NCBI GenBank assembly: GCA_009695465.1
Contig: SIAW01000001.1
Location: 7,092 to 71,091, forward strand
Origin: Pedosphaera sp.
Lineage (GTDB): Bacteria > Verrucomicrobiota > Verrucomicrobiia > Limisphaerales > UBA1100
Direction of reading: 5' to 3'
DNA length: 64,000 nt
Positions within the stretch are counted from its first letter, which is position 1. The number at the start of each line of letters is the position of its first letter. Under the pieces are notes generated by a model, which worked only from the letters and a program-made list of their open reading frames with translations, was not told the origin of the DNA and did not search any database. Made by a program: the position numbers and the translations under genes. Positions 1 to 9,320 of the stretch are shown piece by piece.

Positions 1-3000
1 CGCGCAAAGACGAGACCGCCAAGCGCGACCTGCTGAACAAGGCCATCGAGGCCGCCGCCAAAAAGGCCGCGCAGGATGCGTTGGATGCGGCGGTGAAAGT
101 GCGCGTGCTGGCAGAGCAAGCCGTGCCGCCGGCCATGGTGGTGTTGAACACCGCGCAGACGGTGCTCAACCAAGTGGCGACTGAGGCCGATCAAACGCTC
201 AACGCGGCCATCGCCCAGAACACCAATCCGCTGGACAAACTGGCCTGCCGCTACGCGCTCAGCCGCGGGCTGTGGTTGACGATGAAGAACGAGGTCAACT
301 CGCTGGCCCACGCTCGCGCGGCGGTGCTGGAATTCCGCGGGGAAGACGCCCGAGTGCAGACGCTCAGCCACGATCTGTTGTGGCGGCAGCCGATGGGCGC
401 GCAATTCCAGCAGGACGCAGCGATGTTGCTGCGACTGCGGCAGGAACTGTTCACGACGACTGGGCATCTGAATTATCTGCCCAACTGGGTGGCGGAGGCC
501 GCCGCCAACAAGGAGCATAAAGACAAGGCGCAGTTCGTGGGCGCGGAAGTGGCCAAGCAAAACAACACGCCGCTTTTCCAAGTCGTCATCCGGCATCCCG
601 CCTACACCTCTGCGCCCAACGCCGCCATTCCCCTGCGCGAGACGGCGATGGCCGCCTTCAATGAACTCAGCAAAGAAACGCTGATGACGTTGGTGGGCGT
701 GCAGCGCGATGCGTTGATCCACAGCTCGGCCAAGCCGGATCCCGCGCGCGCCTTGGCGTTGGCCACCAAGTTTTATCAGCGCTTCCCGCAGGAACACACG
801 GGCGCGTACTGGCTGCTCGCGCAAAATCTGACCGACAAAACCAAGGTCGAAGCCAAGACGCACGCGCAGCTTCTCATGGCGTTGCCGCCCAAGCGCAATC
901 AAGAATTCTATCGCAGCCTGATGTCGGCGGCTGAGCTTAATCAGGATCCGGTCTTGGCGGCGCAGGTTTATGATTGGGCGGTCAAAGGCGGCATCACCAC
1001 GGTGTACAGCGATTACATCGGCGACGTGCTGTGGAAGCTCAATCTGAAACCGCAGGCGTTGGATTGGTGGAAGCGCGTCGTGGAGGCGCCCACGGAAGGT
1101 CAGGTCGCTTCCGAGCGCAACTGCGCGGAGCGGTACTACCGCAATACGCCGGCGGGGCCCGAGCCGTTCAATGAATTGGTGACGTACCGCTGGCCGGAAC
1201 TGCGCGTGCGCCTGGCCGCGCTGCAGCTCACCGATGTGCTGCGTCTGCAAGGCAACGTGCCGGCCTTTACCGATGGGGTGTTGAAACTGGAACTGCAGGC
1301 GAAGGAGACGCCGTTTGCCAACCAGGACTGGCGCGAGATTGCCGGTGTGTGGTGGGATTTCTCCGTGCAGAACGCCGCTCATGTGGCGAACAACAAGGAC
1401 TATAAAAAGCTGGAGCCACCCGCGCAGCAGAAGGTGTACGCGGCGATGCAGGATGTGATGTGCCGCGATTTTTCGTCCTACGCCACGTGCGAGGTGATGC
1501 TGGGGCACAACGCCACGGCCGCGCCGCTGGAGCCGCCGATGACCACGCTGCTGCGCCTCTCGCGCGCCACGCGCCAGACCTACAATGATCACAGCCGCTG
1601 GAATAGCCTGCGCAGTTACGCGCAGAGGGCGTTCGAGCAAAAGCGGTTTGTCGAGAGCGCCACGCTGCTCAGCGGCATGCTGGTGTATGTCAACAATGTG
1701 CCCAAGGAAGTGTCGGAGGAAGGTCGCAAGGCGGTGTTGCGCGCCCACACGCGGATGGGCGCGGTGGGATTGACGATTGATGAGAGCAGCCCGATGGCGC
1801 CGCTCTTGCAGGCGACGCTCTACTTGCGCTTGGGCGACCGCGTGCGTGCGCTCGAACAGTTTCAGGCCAACGCAGCGCTCTTTGAAAAACATCGCACCGA
1901 TCTGCCGCCGGACTTCATCGAGTTCGCCTGCGAACATCTCATGGCCGGTGGCGGCGAAGAAAATCTGGCGCGCGTGGAGGACACGTTGCGCTCGTGGCTG
2001 GTGAAGTTTACCGACGCCGACAAACCTGAAAGCAAAGAGCAGACGGAGGACGCCAAGGCGCGCATCCAACTCATGCTCGCGCGCAGCTACATCCGCGGCC
2101 AGCGTTATGAGGTGGCCCGCGTGGAGTTCGCCACGGTGACCAATCGTTATGTGGGCACGCCGCACGTGATCGAGGCCAAGTTCGGCATCGGCGAGGCGTT
2201 CATGGCGCAGCGGATTTTCGATCAGGCAGCGCAGTCCTTCAAGGAGCTGGAAGAGAATCCGGATCTGAACATCTCCATCCGCGCGCAGTTCCTCATCGGT
2301 CTGCTCGCCTTTCGCCAGGAACAACGCGAAGAGGCGCGCGAGATTTTCCAGCGCATCTTGGAGCGCGTGCCCGATGTGGAACTGGCCAACCGCACGCTGT
2401 TCAGCCTGTCGGAGATTTACGGATTGGAGCAACGCTACTTGGAGCAGTTGAACCTGCTGCGCACCGTCGGCCGATTGGGCCAGCACAGCAAACGCCTGCA
2501 CACGCCGGGGCGCGCGCTGTCCTTCGTGGTGCACGACCGCGACCTGGGCGTGAGCCGCGGGCAAAATCGCATCCCAGTGATTGTCACCACCAAACCCGGC
2601 GGCGACAAAGAGACGGTGTTTCTGCAGAGCGCGGCGGGCGCGGGCAAAGGTTTGTTCCGCGGCGAGGTCGTGACGGTGCTGGGCGCGCCGGTGCCGGGCG
2701 ATGGGATTCTGCAACTCACCGGCAAGGACGTGATCGAGAGTGATTATCCAGCCGACTTCAAGGCGCAGTTCCGCACTGTGCCGCTTTCCGATGTGGAGAT
2801 TCGCATCGCTGACGATGGCGAATTCGCCGTGGCCAGCAGCGAGATCACCGACGAGGAAAAGGAGACGCTGACCCAGCGCTTGCGTCGCGAGCAGAAGCCC
2901 GATGATGACACCGACAAGCGCCGTTCGCAGGGGCGTCCGCAAAATCAGGTGAAGCCGGGCAACCGCATTTTCCTGCGCGTCAAAGACGCGGACCGCGACT

Positions 3001-6000
3001 TGAGCGATGACCTCGACAAGGTGTTGGTCAAGATGCAGTCCTCCAGTGGCGATCAGGTTCAGTTGGAATTAAAAGAGACCGGCCCGCACACGGGCATGTT
3101 CCTCGCGACCATCCCCACGGCGGAATTGCCGGCAGGCGCGTCCTCCACCGATTCGGCCATTGATCACAGCCCGTTGATGGCGATCGATCACAGCCGCGAC
3201 ACGTTTTGGCAAAGCCAACCCGACGGCGCCACGCCGAAATTCCTGACGGTGGACATGAAACATCTGCACGACGTTTCGCGCGTGCGCATCTCCACGCCCA
3301 ACCCCGCCGAGCACGCGCCCGTGCGCGGCACCTTGCAGGGCAGCCATGACGGCGTGTTTTGGTTCACACTGGCGGCGCAACCGGCGCAGCAAAGGGCGGA
3401 GTTGCCTGCCGCGCAGATCGGCGCGATGACCCAGCGCGTTTATACGGGCGATCATACCGCATATACAACGTGGGCGCAGATCGTGACGCTCGGCCGCACG
3501 GGCAAAGCGGTGAGCGAGAAAAACGCGACGGAGTTGGCGTGGCAAATCGAGCTGGGCCAGCCGGGGGCCAATCTGCCGCACGCTGTGTTGTGGCACGGCA
3601 AACTGGTGCAGCCGCAAGACGGCGCGATGCGATTGGAGATTGCGGGCGACAGAGTGGCGCTGGCGGTTGATGGAAAATTGGAACTGGCGCCGGCCGTCGG
3701 CCCCAAGTCGGCGGATGTGTGGTTGAAAGCGGGAGTGCACGACGTGGCCATCTTTGCGGCGTCCAAGACCGGACAGAAAGGCGGGAGCGCGTTGCGTGCG
3801 CGTTCCAATCTGAGCAACAGCCTGCCCAAGCCGGCGGCGTTCACGAAGGCGGACGTTGATCTGGTGGAGGCGGAGAAATTCTTTGCCACCGCCCCCGTGA
3901 AACCCGCACCCGCTGTAGTGGCGCCGGTCGTTGCCGATGTCCAAAAGCAACTGACCTTCACCAAGAAGACCGCCGCGTTTGGCCTCGTCGAGGGATCCAA
4001 CGCAACGGTGAAGTGGGTGGGCAACTGGTCTGATTTGGAGGACGCGGTGCAATGGAAATTTGCCGCAGCGCAGCCCGGTGTCTATGAGGTGTGGCTCAAT
4101 CTGGCGCACGCTGCGGGCGGTTCGCGGTTCCGTGCGCGCGTCGGCGATCAAGTGATTGAAGCGACGGCTCCCAGCACGGGCGCTTGGACGACTTTCCAAA
4201 GTCACAAGATTGGCGCGGTGCATGTGGAAGAGGCGGGCGAGAAAACGTTGGTGCTGTCGCCGGTGGATATGGCGGGCGGCCCGCTGATGGTTTTGGCGGG
4301 CATCGAACTGCGCCCGGCCATCGGCGCGACGGCGGTGCTGCGCGATCGCGCGTGGGAATTCTTTTTCGATCCGCTGACGCTGCGCTACGTGCGTTTGCAG
4401 GTGGACGAGTACGCGGGGGATTCGGTGGCCATCAATCATGTGGAAGTCCGCGGCCCGCTGTCGAGCGATGCGTTCATTCCCACCAAGGAAGATGTCAGCA
4501 AGCTGGCGAAGAACACTTCCTTGGAGATTGCGGGCGGCGACATCATCACCGCCAATTATACCGACGAGACGGCCGTGGCCACGCAAGGCGGCAGCCGCTT
4601 GCTGTCGGCGCAGCTCACCGCCACGTACAACAACGCGCAGGTGGTGCCGATCGGGTTTGATTTCAACCGCGACAACGCGGGCGCGGTGCAGCAGTCGCGC
4701 AAGGAATTGCTGCGCGTGGATCCGGGCGAGCGCGTGACCTTTGAGATCACGGATTACGATCTGGATCAGACCGATCAACGCGACACGGTGCCCGTCACCA
4801 TCTGGCTCAACGGCCAGAAGTGGGCAGACTTGAACGCGACGGAGACGGAGGAATTCTCCGGGATATTCCGCACCGAGGTCGATACCAGTGCCACGCCTGC
4901 GGCGGGCAAGATGATCGTGAAACTCGGTGACCGTATTTTCTGCCGCTACAGCGATGCGCAGAACACTTTCCCCGGACACACGGTGGATCGCGAAGGCATC
5001 GTGCTGGTGAACGAACCGACGGCCGCACGCATCCGCATCGTCGAGACGCGACTGCAGGCGCTGCCGCTCGGCGTGAAAGGAACGATGCCGCCGGTCTATC
5101 TGCCCGAGCTGGAGACACCGCCTGCGGATCTGATCGCTGCGGTGAATTATTTCGTGCCGCTCACCATCGAGGTGATTGATCCCGACGCGGCCAAGGACAG
5201 CCGCAGCGTGGTGAAGGTGCGACTGAACGCCGGGACGACCAACGTCGTCGATGTGCTTTGCGAACTCTCCACGCAGTTTGGCAAATTGCCGGACGCCGAG
5301 CCGGGGCAAGTCAATCCGGCGCTGTTGGCGGGCCGGTTCATCGGGCAAGTGCGCATGCAATTGGGCGGTGCGGATAGTCCGGCCAAATTGCCGCGCGCGT
5401 TGGGCGACACGCAGGCGATGATCGGTCGTGCTCGGACGCTCGATGAAAAAGAGGAAGGCTCCGATGAGAATGATCGGCTGCTGCTCACGGTACTTAACTT
5501 GACCGGCACGGCAATCGTCAGCGCAAGTTACACGGACGTTCGCCGTCCCGATGCCGCCACGGCGCAATTGGGTGCGCGCGCGCGACTGGCCACCGGCGGC
5601 ACGTTGGCAGTCACGGACGAAGGATACGACAAGGTCGTGGAGCTGCTGCATGTCGGCGAGAAGGTGTTTATTGTCGTCAACGATCCGGACCTCGACATCT
5701 CTGATGCGCGCGACAACGCGACGGTGGTGGTGCAGAGCGAGTCCGGCGAAAAGGAGACGGTGCAACTCGACGAAACGCTCAGTCACAGCGGCATGTTCAC
5801 GGCGGCGCTCACGTTGCGCGTGAAGGAAAAGCCGACGCCCGGCAATTTCAACGCGACCGCGAAAGAGGTGGAATGTTTCTTTGGCGACAAGCTGCAGATC
5901 CGTTACACCGACGTGGCCAGCGACAAGCCCGGCACCGAATCCATGATGGAACTGCCCGTGGCCATCGGCACCGATGGCATCGTGGCGGCGTTCAGCAAGG

Positions 6001-6812
6001 TGTTCGGCAATTCGCAACTGGCGGCACAGACGCAGTTTTTCGTCGCGGAAAGTTACTTCGAGATCTTCAAGAACAACCTGCGCTTGGAGCGCAAGGAGGA
6101 GTCGGAGAAGGCGTTGCTGGCCGGACGCCGCATCTTGAAGGAGATCATGGTGGATTATCCCGATCCCAAACATCTGCCGCGCATCGCGTATCTCTCCGGG
6201 CAGTTCTCGCAGGAGTTGAAGGACTGGAACGAGGCCGCCAATCACTACGCGCTCATCGTGCGGCAATATCCCACGCACACGCTGGCGGCCGATTCGCAGT
6301 ACAAGCTGGCGCAGTGTTACGAGGAGGCGGGCGATTTCGACCGTGCGCTGGAAGAGTACATCACGCTGGCGGCGACCTATCCCAAGAGTCCGCTGGTGCC
6401 CAACGTGATGATCCGCATCAACGAATATTTCTACAAGCGCAAGGAGTACACCATCGCCGCGAAGGTGGCGGAGAAATTCCTGGACCGTTTTGAGAGCCAC
6501 GAACACGCGCCGCGCATGGCCTTCCGCTGGGGGCAATGCCACTACAAGGACGATCAGTTCGCCAAGGCGGCGGCGGTGTTTGATCTCTTCGCCAAGAAAT
6601 TCCCCGATGACGCGCTGGCCTCGGAGTCGCTGTTCTGGGCGGGCGAAAGTTTCCGCATGTCCAACAACGTGCCGCTGGCCTTCCGCCGGTACAACCGTTG
6701 CCGCTGGGATTTCCCGGAGAGCGATGCCGCCAAGTATGCGCGTGGCCGTCTGGCCTTGCCGGAGTATATCGCGCAATTTGAGCGCGAAGCCGATTTGGAG
6801 AATAATAAATGA
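1..6812 (+). CDS. Giant (>2260 aa) envelope-associated TPR + beta-sandwich repeat protein with discoidin (F5/8 type C)-like and CBM-like modules and a CpoB/YbgF-like C-terminal TPR region. The 5' end is cut by the window edge.
   Basis: The frame of ORF 81..6812 stays open back to base 3 (RKDETAKRDLLNKAIEAAAKKAAQDA...), so the TTG at 81 is not the real start. Discoidin-like signatures: 'DTFWQSQPDGATPKFLTVDM..VSRVRISTPNP' and 'LRYVRLQVDEYAGDSVAINHVEVRG'. TPR-like helices occur at both ends, and the C-terminal ~250 aa resemble YbgF/CpoB TPRs. Codon usage matches the neighbouring genes. Confidence 0.85.
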   Translation, partial: RKDETAKRDLLNKAIEAAAKKAAQDALDAAVKVRVLAEQAVPPAMVVLNTAQTVLNQVATEADQTLNAAIAQNTNPLDKLACRYALSRGLWLTMKNEVNSLAHARAAVLEFRGEDARVQTLSHDLLWRQPMGAQFQQDAAMLLRLRQELFTTTGHLNYLPNWVAEAAANKEHKDKAQFVGAEVAKQNNTPLFQVVIRHPAYTSAPNAAIPLRETAMAAFNELSKETLMTLVGVQRDALIHSSAKPDPARALALATKFYQRFPQEHTGAYWLLAQNLTDKTKVEAKTHAQLLMALPPKRNQEFYRSLMSAAELNQDPVLAAQVYDWAVKGGITTVYSDYIGDVLWKLNLKPQALDWWKRVVEAPTEGQVASERNCAERYYRNTPAGPEPFNELVTYRWPELRVRLAALQLTDVLRLQGNVPAFTDGVLKLELQAKETPFANQDWREIAGVWWDFSVQNAAHVANNKDYKKLEPPAQQKVYAAMQDVMCRDFSSYATCEVMLGHNATAAPLEPPMTTLLRLSRATRQTYNDHSRWNSLRSYAQRAFEQKRFVESATLLSGMLVYVNNVPKEVSEEGRKAVLRAHTRMGAVGLTIDESSPMAPLLQATLYLRLGDRVRALEQFQANAALFEKHRTDLPPDFIEFACEHLMAGGGEENLARVEDTLRSWLVKFTDADKPESKEQTEDAKARIQLMLARSYIRGQRYEVARVEFATVTNRYVGTPHVIEAKFGIGEAFMAQRIFDQAAQSFKELEENPDLNISIRAQFLIGLLAFRQEQREEAREIFQRILERVPDVELANRTLFSLSEIYGLEQRYLEQLNLLRTVGRLGQHSKRLHTPGRALSFVVHDRDLGVSRGQNRIPVIVTTKPGGDKETVFLQSAAGAGKGLFRGEVVTVLGAPVPGDGILQLTGKDVIESDYPADFKAQFRTVPLSDVEIRIADDGEFAVASSEITDEEKETLTQRLRREQKPDDDTDKRRSQGRPQNQVKPGNRIFLRVKDADRDLSDDLDKVLVKMQSSSGDQVQLELKETGPHTGMFLATIPTAELPAGASSTDSAIDHSPLMAIDHSRDTFWQSQPDGATPKFLTVDMKHLHDVSRVRISTPNPAEHAPVRGTLQGSHDGVFWFTLAAQPAQQRAELPAAQIGAMTQRVYTGDHTAYTTWAQIVTLGRTGKAVSEKNATELAWQIELGQPGANLPHAVLWHGKLVQPQDGAMRLEIAGDRVALAVDGKLELAPAVGPKSADVWLKAGVHDVAIFAASKTGQKGGSALRARSNLSNSLPKPAAFTKADVDLVEAEKFFATAPVKPAPAVVAPVVADVQKQLTFTKKTAAFGLVEGSNATVKWVGNWSDLEDAVQWKFAAAQPGVYEVWLNLAHAAGGSRFRARVGDQVIEATAPSTGAWTTFQSHKIGAVHVEEAGEKTLVLSPVDMAGGPLMVLAGIELRPAIGATAVLRDRAWEFFFDPLTLRYVRLQVDEYAGDSVAINHVEVRGPLSSDAFIPTKEDVSKLAKNTSLEIAGGDIITANYTDETAVATQGGSRLLSAQLTATYNNAQVVPIGFDFNRDNAGAVQQSRKELLRVDPGERVTFEITDYDLDQTDQRDTVPVTIWLNGQKWADLNATETEEFSGIFRTEVDTSATPAAGKMIVKLGDRIFCRYSDAQNTFPGHTVDREGIVLVNEPTAARIRIVETRLQALPLGVKGTMPPVYLPELETPPADLIAAVNYFVPLTIEVIDPDAAKDSRSVVKVRLNAGTTNVVDVLCELSTQFGKLPDAEPGQVNPALLAGRFIGQVRMQLGGADSPAKLPRALGDTQAMIGRARTLDEKEEGSDENDRLLLTVLNLTGTAIVSASYTDVRRPDAATAQLGARARLATGGTLAVTDEGYDKVVELLHVGEKVFIVVNDPDLDISDARDNATVVVQSESGEKETVQLDETLSHSGMFTAALTLRVKEKPTPGNFNATAKEVECFFGDKLQIRYTDVASDKPGTESMMELPVAIGTDGIVAAFSKVFGNSQLAAQTQFFVAESYFEIFKNNLRLERKEESEKALLAGRRILKEIMVDYPDPKHLPRIAYLSGQFSQELKDWNEAANHYALIVRQYPTHTLAADSQYKLAQCYEEAGDFDRALEEYITLAATYPKSPLVPNVMIRINEYFYKRKEYTIAAKVAEKFLDRFESHEHAPRMAFRWGQCHYKDDQFAKAAAVFDLFAKKFPDDALASESLFWAGESFRMSNNVPLAFRRYNRCRWDFPESDAAKYARGRLALPEYIAQFEREADLENNK

Positions 6813-7807
6813 TTTCCACCCGCCGCGTTGCAACCAAACTGACATCGAACAAACCCATTCATCTGATGCGACTCTGTCTGCCGCTGGCCTGTCTCATTCT
6901 TAGCGGGCCGTTCCTCACGGCAGCGGTACCTGCCACCAAAGAAGTTCCGCCCGCGCCAGTGCCCGCAGCGGTGGGCAATGCGACGGGCAATGGAACAGGC
7001 AGCGCCACGACGCCATCCCCCGCCTCGCCTGCGACAGAAAAACCTGCGGAGGAAAAGGCCGCAGCGAAGGAGGAGAAGACATCGTGGGTCGGCGAGCTGA
7101 CCAATCGCGGGCTTCTGAAGTACATGTTTGACGGCGGCGAATTCATGTGGCCCATCCTCGTCTGCGGCATCCTCGCCATGGCGGTCATTCTCGAGCGCTG
7201 GCGCAGCCTGAAAATGTTGAACACCAACAACGACGCCCTGCGCCAGTCGGTGCTGGACGACCTGACGCACGACCGCTCGGAGCAGGCGCTGGAACGTTGC
7301 GACCGCGAGCGCGGGCCGGTCGCGGCCATCTTGGCCAATGGCCTGCGCAAGTACATCGTGCTGCGGCGGCTGGGTTACGATGCCGGGCGCATCGAGCAGC
7401 AGGTCGTGCAGAGCATGGAAAAATACGGCGTGCATGTGGTCGCCGCGATGGAACGGCACTTGCCGATCCTCGCCATCGTTTCCAGCGTGGCACCGATGAT
7501 CGGGTTTCTGGGAACCGTCGCGGGCATGATTGTTTCCTTCGACGACATCGTGCGGCTGGATCAAAGCGGCGGCGGCACGAACATCGTGACGGCGGCGGCC
7601 GCCGGCATCAAGATCGCCCTCTTGACGACGTGCTTCGGGCTGATCGTCGGCATCCCCGCATTCTCGGCGTACAACTATTTCACCAGCGTCATCAATGGCT
7701 TTGTGCTGGAAGTGGAGGAGACCGCATCGGAACTGATGGAGGCGGTCACCCTGCAACTCACGCTGCAAAAAGCGGAGACCGAGCCCACTCCCTCGCGCGA
7801 CCCATGA
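6809..7807 (+). CDS. exbB: MotA/TolQ/ExbB-family proton channel with an N-terminal signal peptide and a low-complexity periplasmic extension
   Basis: The C-terminal 230 aa show the typical ExbB/TolQ pattern (WPILVCGILAMAVILER..., PMIGFLGTVAGMI, GIKIALLTTCFGLIVGIPA). The ATG overlaps the upstream stop (ATGA at 6809-6812). An alternative start is M20 at 6866. Confidence 0.9.
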   Translation: MISTRRVATKLTSNKPIHLMRLCLPLACLILSGPFLTAAVPATKEVPPAPVPAAVGNATGNGTGSATTPSPASPATEKPAEEKAAAKEEKTSWVGELTNRGLLKYMFDGGEFMWPILVCGILAMAVILERWRSLKMLNTNNDALRQSVLDDLTHDRSEQALERCDRERGPVAAILANGLRKYIVLRRLGYDAGRIEQQVVQSMEKYGVHVVAAMERHLPILAIVSSVAPMIGFLGTVAGMIVSFDDIVRLDQSGGGTNIVTAAAAGIKIALLTTCFGLIVGIPAFSAYNYFTSVINGFVLEVEETASELMEAVTLQLTLQKAETEPTPSRDP

Positions 7808-8220
7808 AGCTGCGCCGACAAACCAAGTTGCTGATCGAGCCGCCGGCGGTCGCCACCGGCGACATCGCCTTCAATCTCATCGTGTTCTTTCTGGTCTGCG
7901 CCTCGATGGAACCCGATCAAGGCCGGCCGATGACCATTCCGCGGGCGGAGAAGGAAAGTCGCCAGCAGCAGACCAAACACATCGAGGTGGATCTCACGCG
8001 CACGGCTGTGTTCATGAACGGCAATCCGTTGACTGTGCCGCAGTTTGAAAAGCAGATCCGCACATCGCTCAGCGACAAGACGCGCGAGGAAGACCGCATC
8101 GTCGGTGTCAAATGCAAGCCCGACGTGGCGTATGCGCACTGGATGAACGTCAGCGCCGCCATCGAACAGGCCGGCGGCATCGTCACCCTCGTGCGCGAGG
8201 AACGCATCAACGTGCAATAA
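7804..8220 (+). CDS. exbD: ExbD/TolR-family protein (copy 1)
   Basis: 138 aa. N-terminal 'DIAFNLIVFFLV' TM helix and ExbD-like periplasmic domain. ATGA overlap with the exbB stop at 7804-7807. Only the downstream part of track ORF 7147..8220 is used. Confidence 0.88.
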   Translation: MKLRRQTKLLIEPPAVATGDIAFNLIVFFLVCASMEPDQGRPMTIPRAEKESRQQQTKHIEVDLTRTAVFMNGNPLTVPQFEKQIRTSLSDKTREEDRIVGVKCKPDVAYAHWMNVSAAIEQAGGIVTLVREERINVQ

Positions 8221-8222
8221 AC

Positions 8223-8651
8223 ATGGCGCTCCCCCGACGCAAACACATCGCCGAAGTGCCCTCCGTGGCGATGGGCGACATCGCGTTTCTCCTGCTGATC
8301 TTCTTCGTGATCCTGGCCCGTGCCCGCGACGACAGCCATATCCAGTGGGTGCCCGCGACTGGGGCCGACCTTTCCAAGCCCGCCACCATGCGCGTCAGCG
8401 TGTCGATTGACCGCGACAACGTCACCTATCTCAACGGGCAAAAGATTTCGCACGAACAACTCGGGCCAGCCCTCTGGAATCCTGAAGGGCTGAAGGACAA
8501 GGGGCTTCTCTACAACGTGCCGGCGGGCAAACGCACCGTGCTGCTGAAAATCCACAAGGATGCCACCGCGCTATTCTTCGAGCCGGTCATCGAAGCCGTC
8601 AGCGGCGCGGGCGGCGAACTCCATCACGTGTTGGAAGACACGAAGAAATGA
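8223..8651 (+). CDS. exbD: ExbD/TolR-family protein (copy 2)
   Basis: 142 aa. 'MGDIAFLLLIFFVIL' TM helix followed by an ExbD-like domain. It starts 2 nt after the previous stop. Confidence 0.88.
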   Translation: MALPRRKHIAEVPSVAMGDIAFLLLIFFVILARARDDSHIQWVPATGADLSKPATMRVSVSIDRDNVTYLNGQKISHEQLGPALWNPEGLKDKGLLYNVPAGKRTVLLKIHKDATALFFEPVIEAVSGAGGELHHVLEDTKK

Positions 8652-9319
8652 CCGGCCACAACCCATCCCATCCCATGCAACTCTACGTTCTGAAAAATGG
8701 CGAAACACTAGGCCCGCTCGAGATGGAGGAAGCGCGCCAACTGCTGGCCACCGGCAAGCTCCTGCCCACCGACTCCGCCTGCCATGAAGGCGCCAATGAA
8801 TGGGTGCCCCTATCCAGCCTCGCGGGCATTGCATCGTCACCAAAGAGCAAGCCGACCCTCACCCCGAAATTGAAGGACCCAGCGCCCGAAGTTGCGGGCA
8901 TGCCATCACTCATGAATTTCTCACGCGACATCAAACAGGTCAAAGGCAACACCGCCGTCACCGCCGCGCAGTTGCGGGAATTCCTGCGCGAGCTGCGCGG
9001 GCGGTCGCCGCGCGAAATGCTCGGCGCCATTGCGCAGAGCACGTTGGTCCATGGCACGCTGGTCTCCACCGCCTTTTTCGTCGTGGTCTTCGCGGTGTCG
9101 GCAGCGTTGACCAGCCCCACAGCGGCGCCCAAAAAAAAGGCCAAGCCCGCCGTTGAAAGCGCGACCACCGGCGCCGTGACACCGCCAGCGACGACGACAC
9201 AGGCACTGAAGAAAAAGGACATCACCGACGTGCTGGGTGTGGGCGATCAAAAAGCGGGCAAGCCCAAAGAGATCAACCCATTCGAGAGCAAGGAAGATTT
9301 GCTCAAGGGCACTCCCTAG
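8648..9319 (+). CDS. GYF_2 (DUF4339)-domain single-pass membrane protein with a Lys/Pro/Thr-rich periplasmic tail
   Basis: N-terminal 'YVLKNGETLGPLEMEEARQLLATGKLLPTDSACHEGANEWVPLSSL' fits the GYF_2 pattern. One TM helix (LVSTAFFVVVFAVSAALT). Tail 'AAPKKKAKPAVE..TPPATTTQALKKK'. ATGA overlap with the upstream stop at 8648-8651. Confidence 0.75.
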   Translation: MTGHNPSHPMQLYVLKNGETLGPLEMEEARQLLATGKLLPTDSACHEGANEWVPLSSLAGIASSPKSKPTLTPKLKDPAPEVAGMPSLMNFSRDIKQVKGNTAVTAAQLREFLRELRGRSPREMLGAIAQSTLVHGTLVSTAFFVVVFAVSAALTSPTAAPKKKAKPAVESATTGAVTPPATTTQALKKKDITDVLGVGDQKAGKPKEINPFESKEDLLKGTP

Positions 9320-9320
9320 T

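Noticed and set aside
3069-6845. 1258-aa minus-strand ORF antisense to the giant TPR/discoidin gene
   Set aside because: The translation is Arg/Gly/His/Leu-rich low-complexity sequence with no motifs, while the plus-strand frame has clear domains and repeats. This is a typical high-GC antisense shadow ORF.
7147-7803. Upstream 219 aa of track ORF 7147..8220
   Set aside because: This part overlaps exbB out of frame and is Arg/Gly/His-rich. The ExbD domain begins at the ATG at 7804, which forms an ATGA overlap with the exbB stop.
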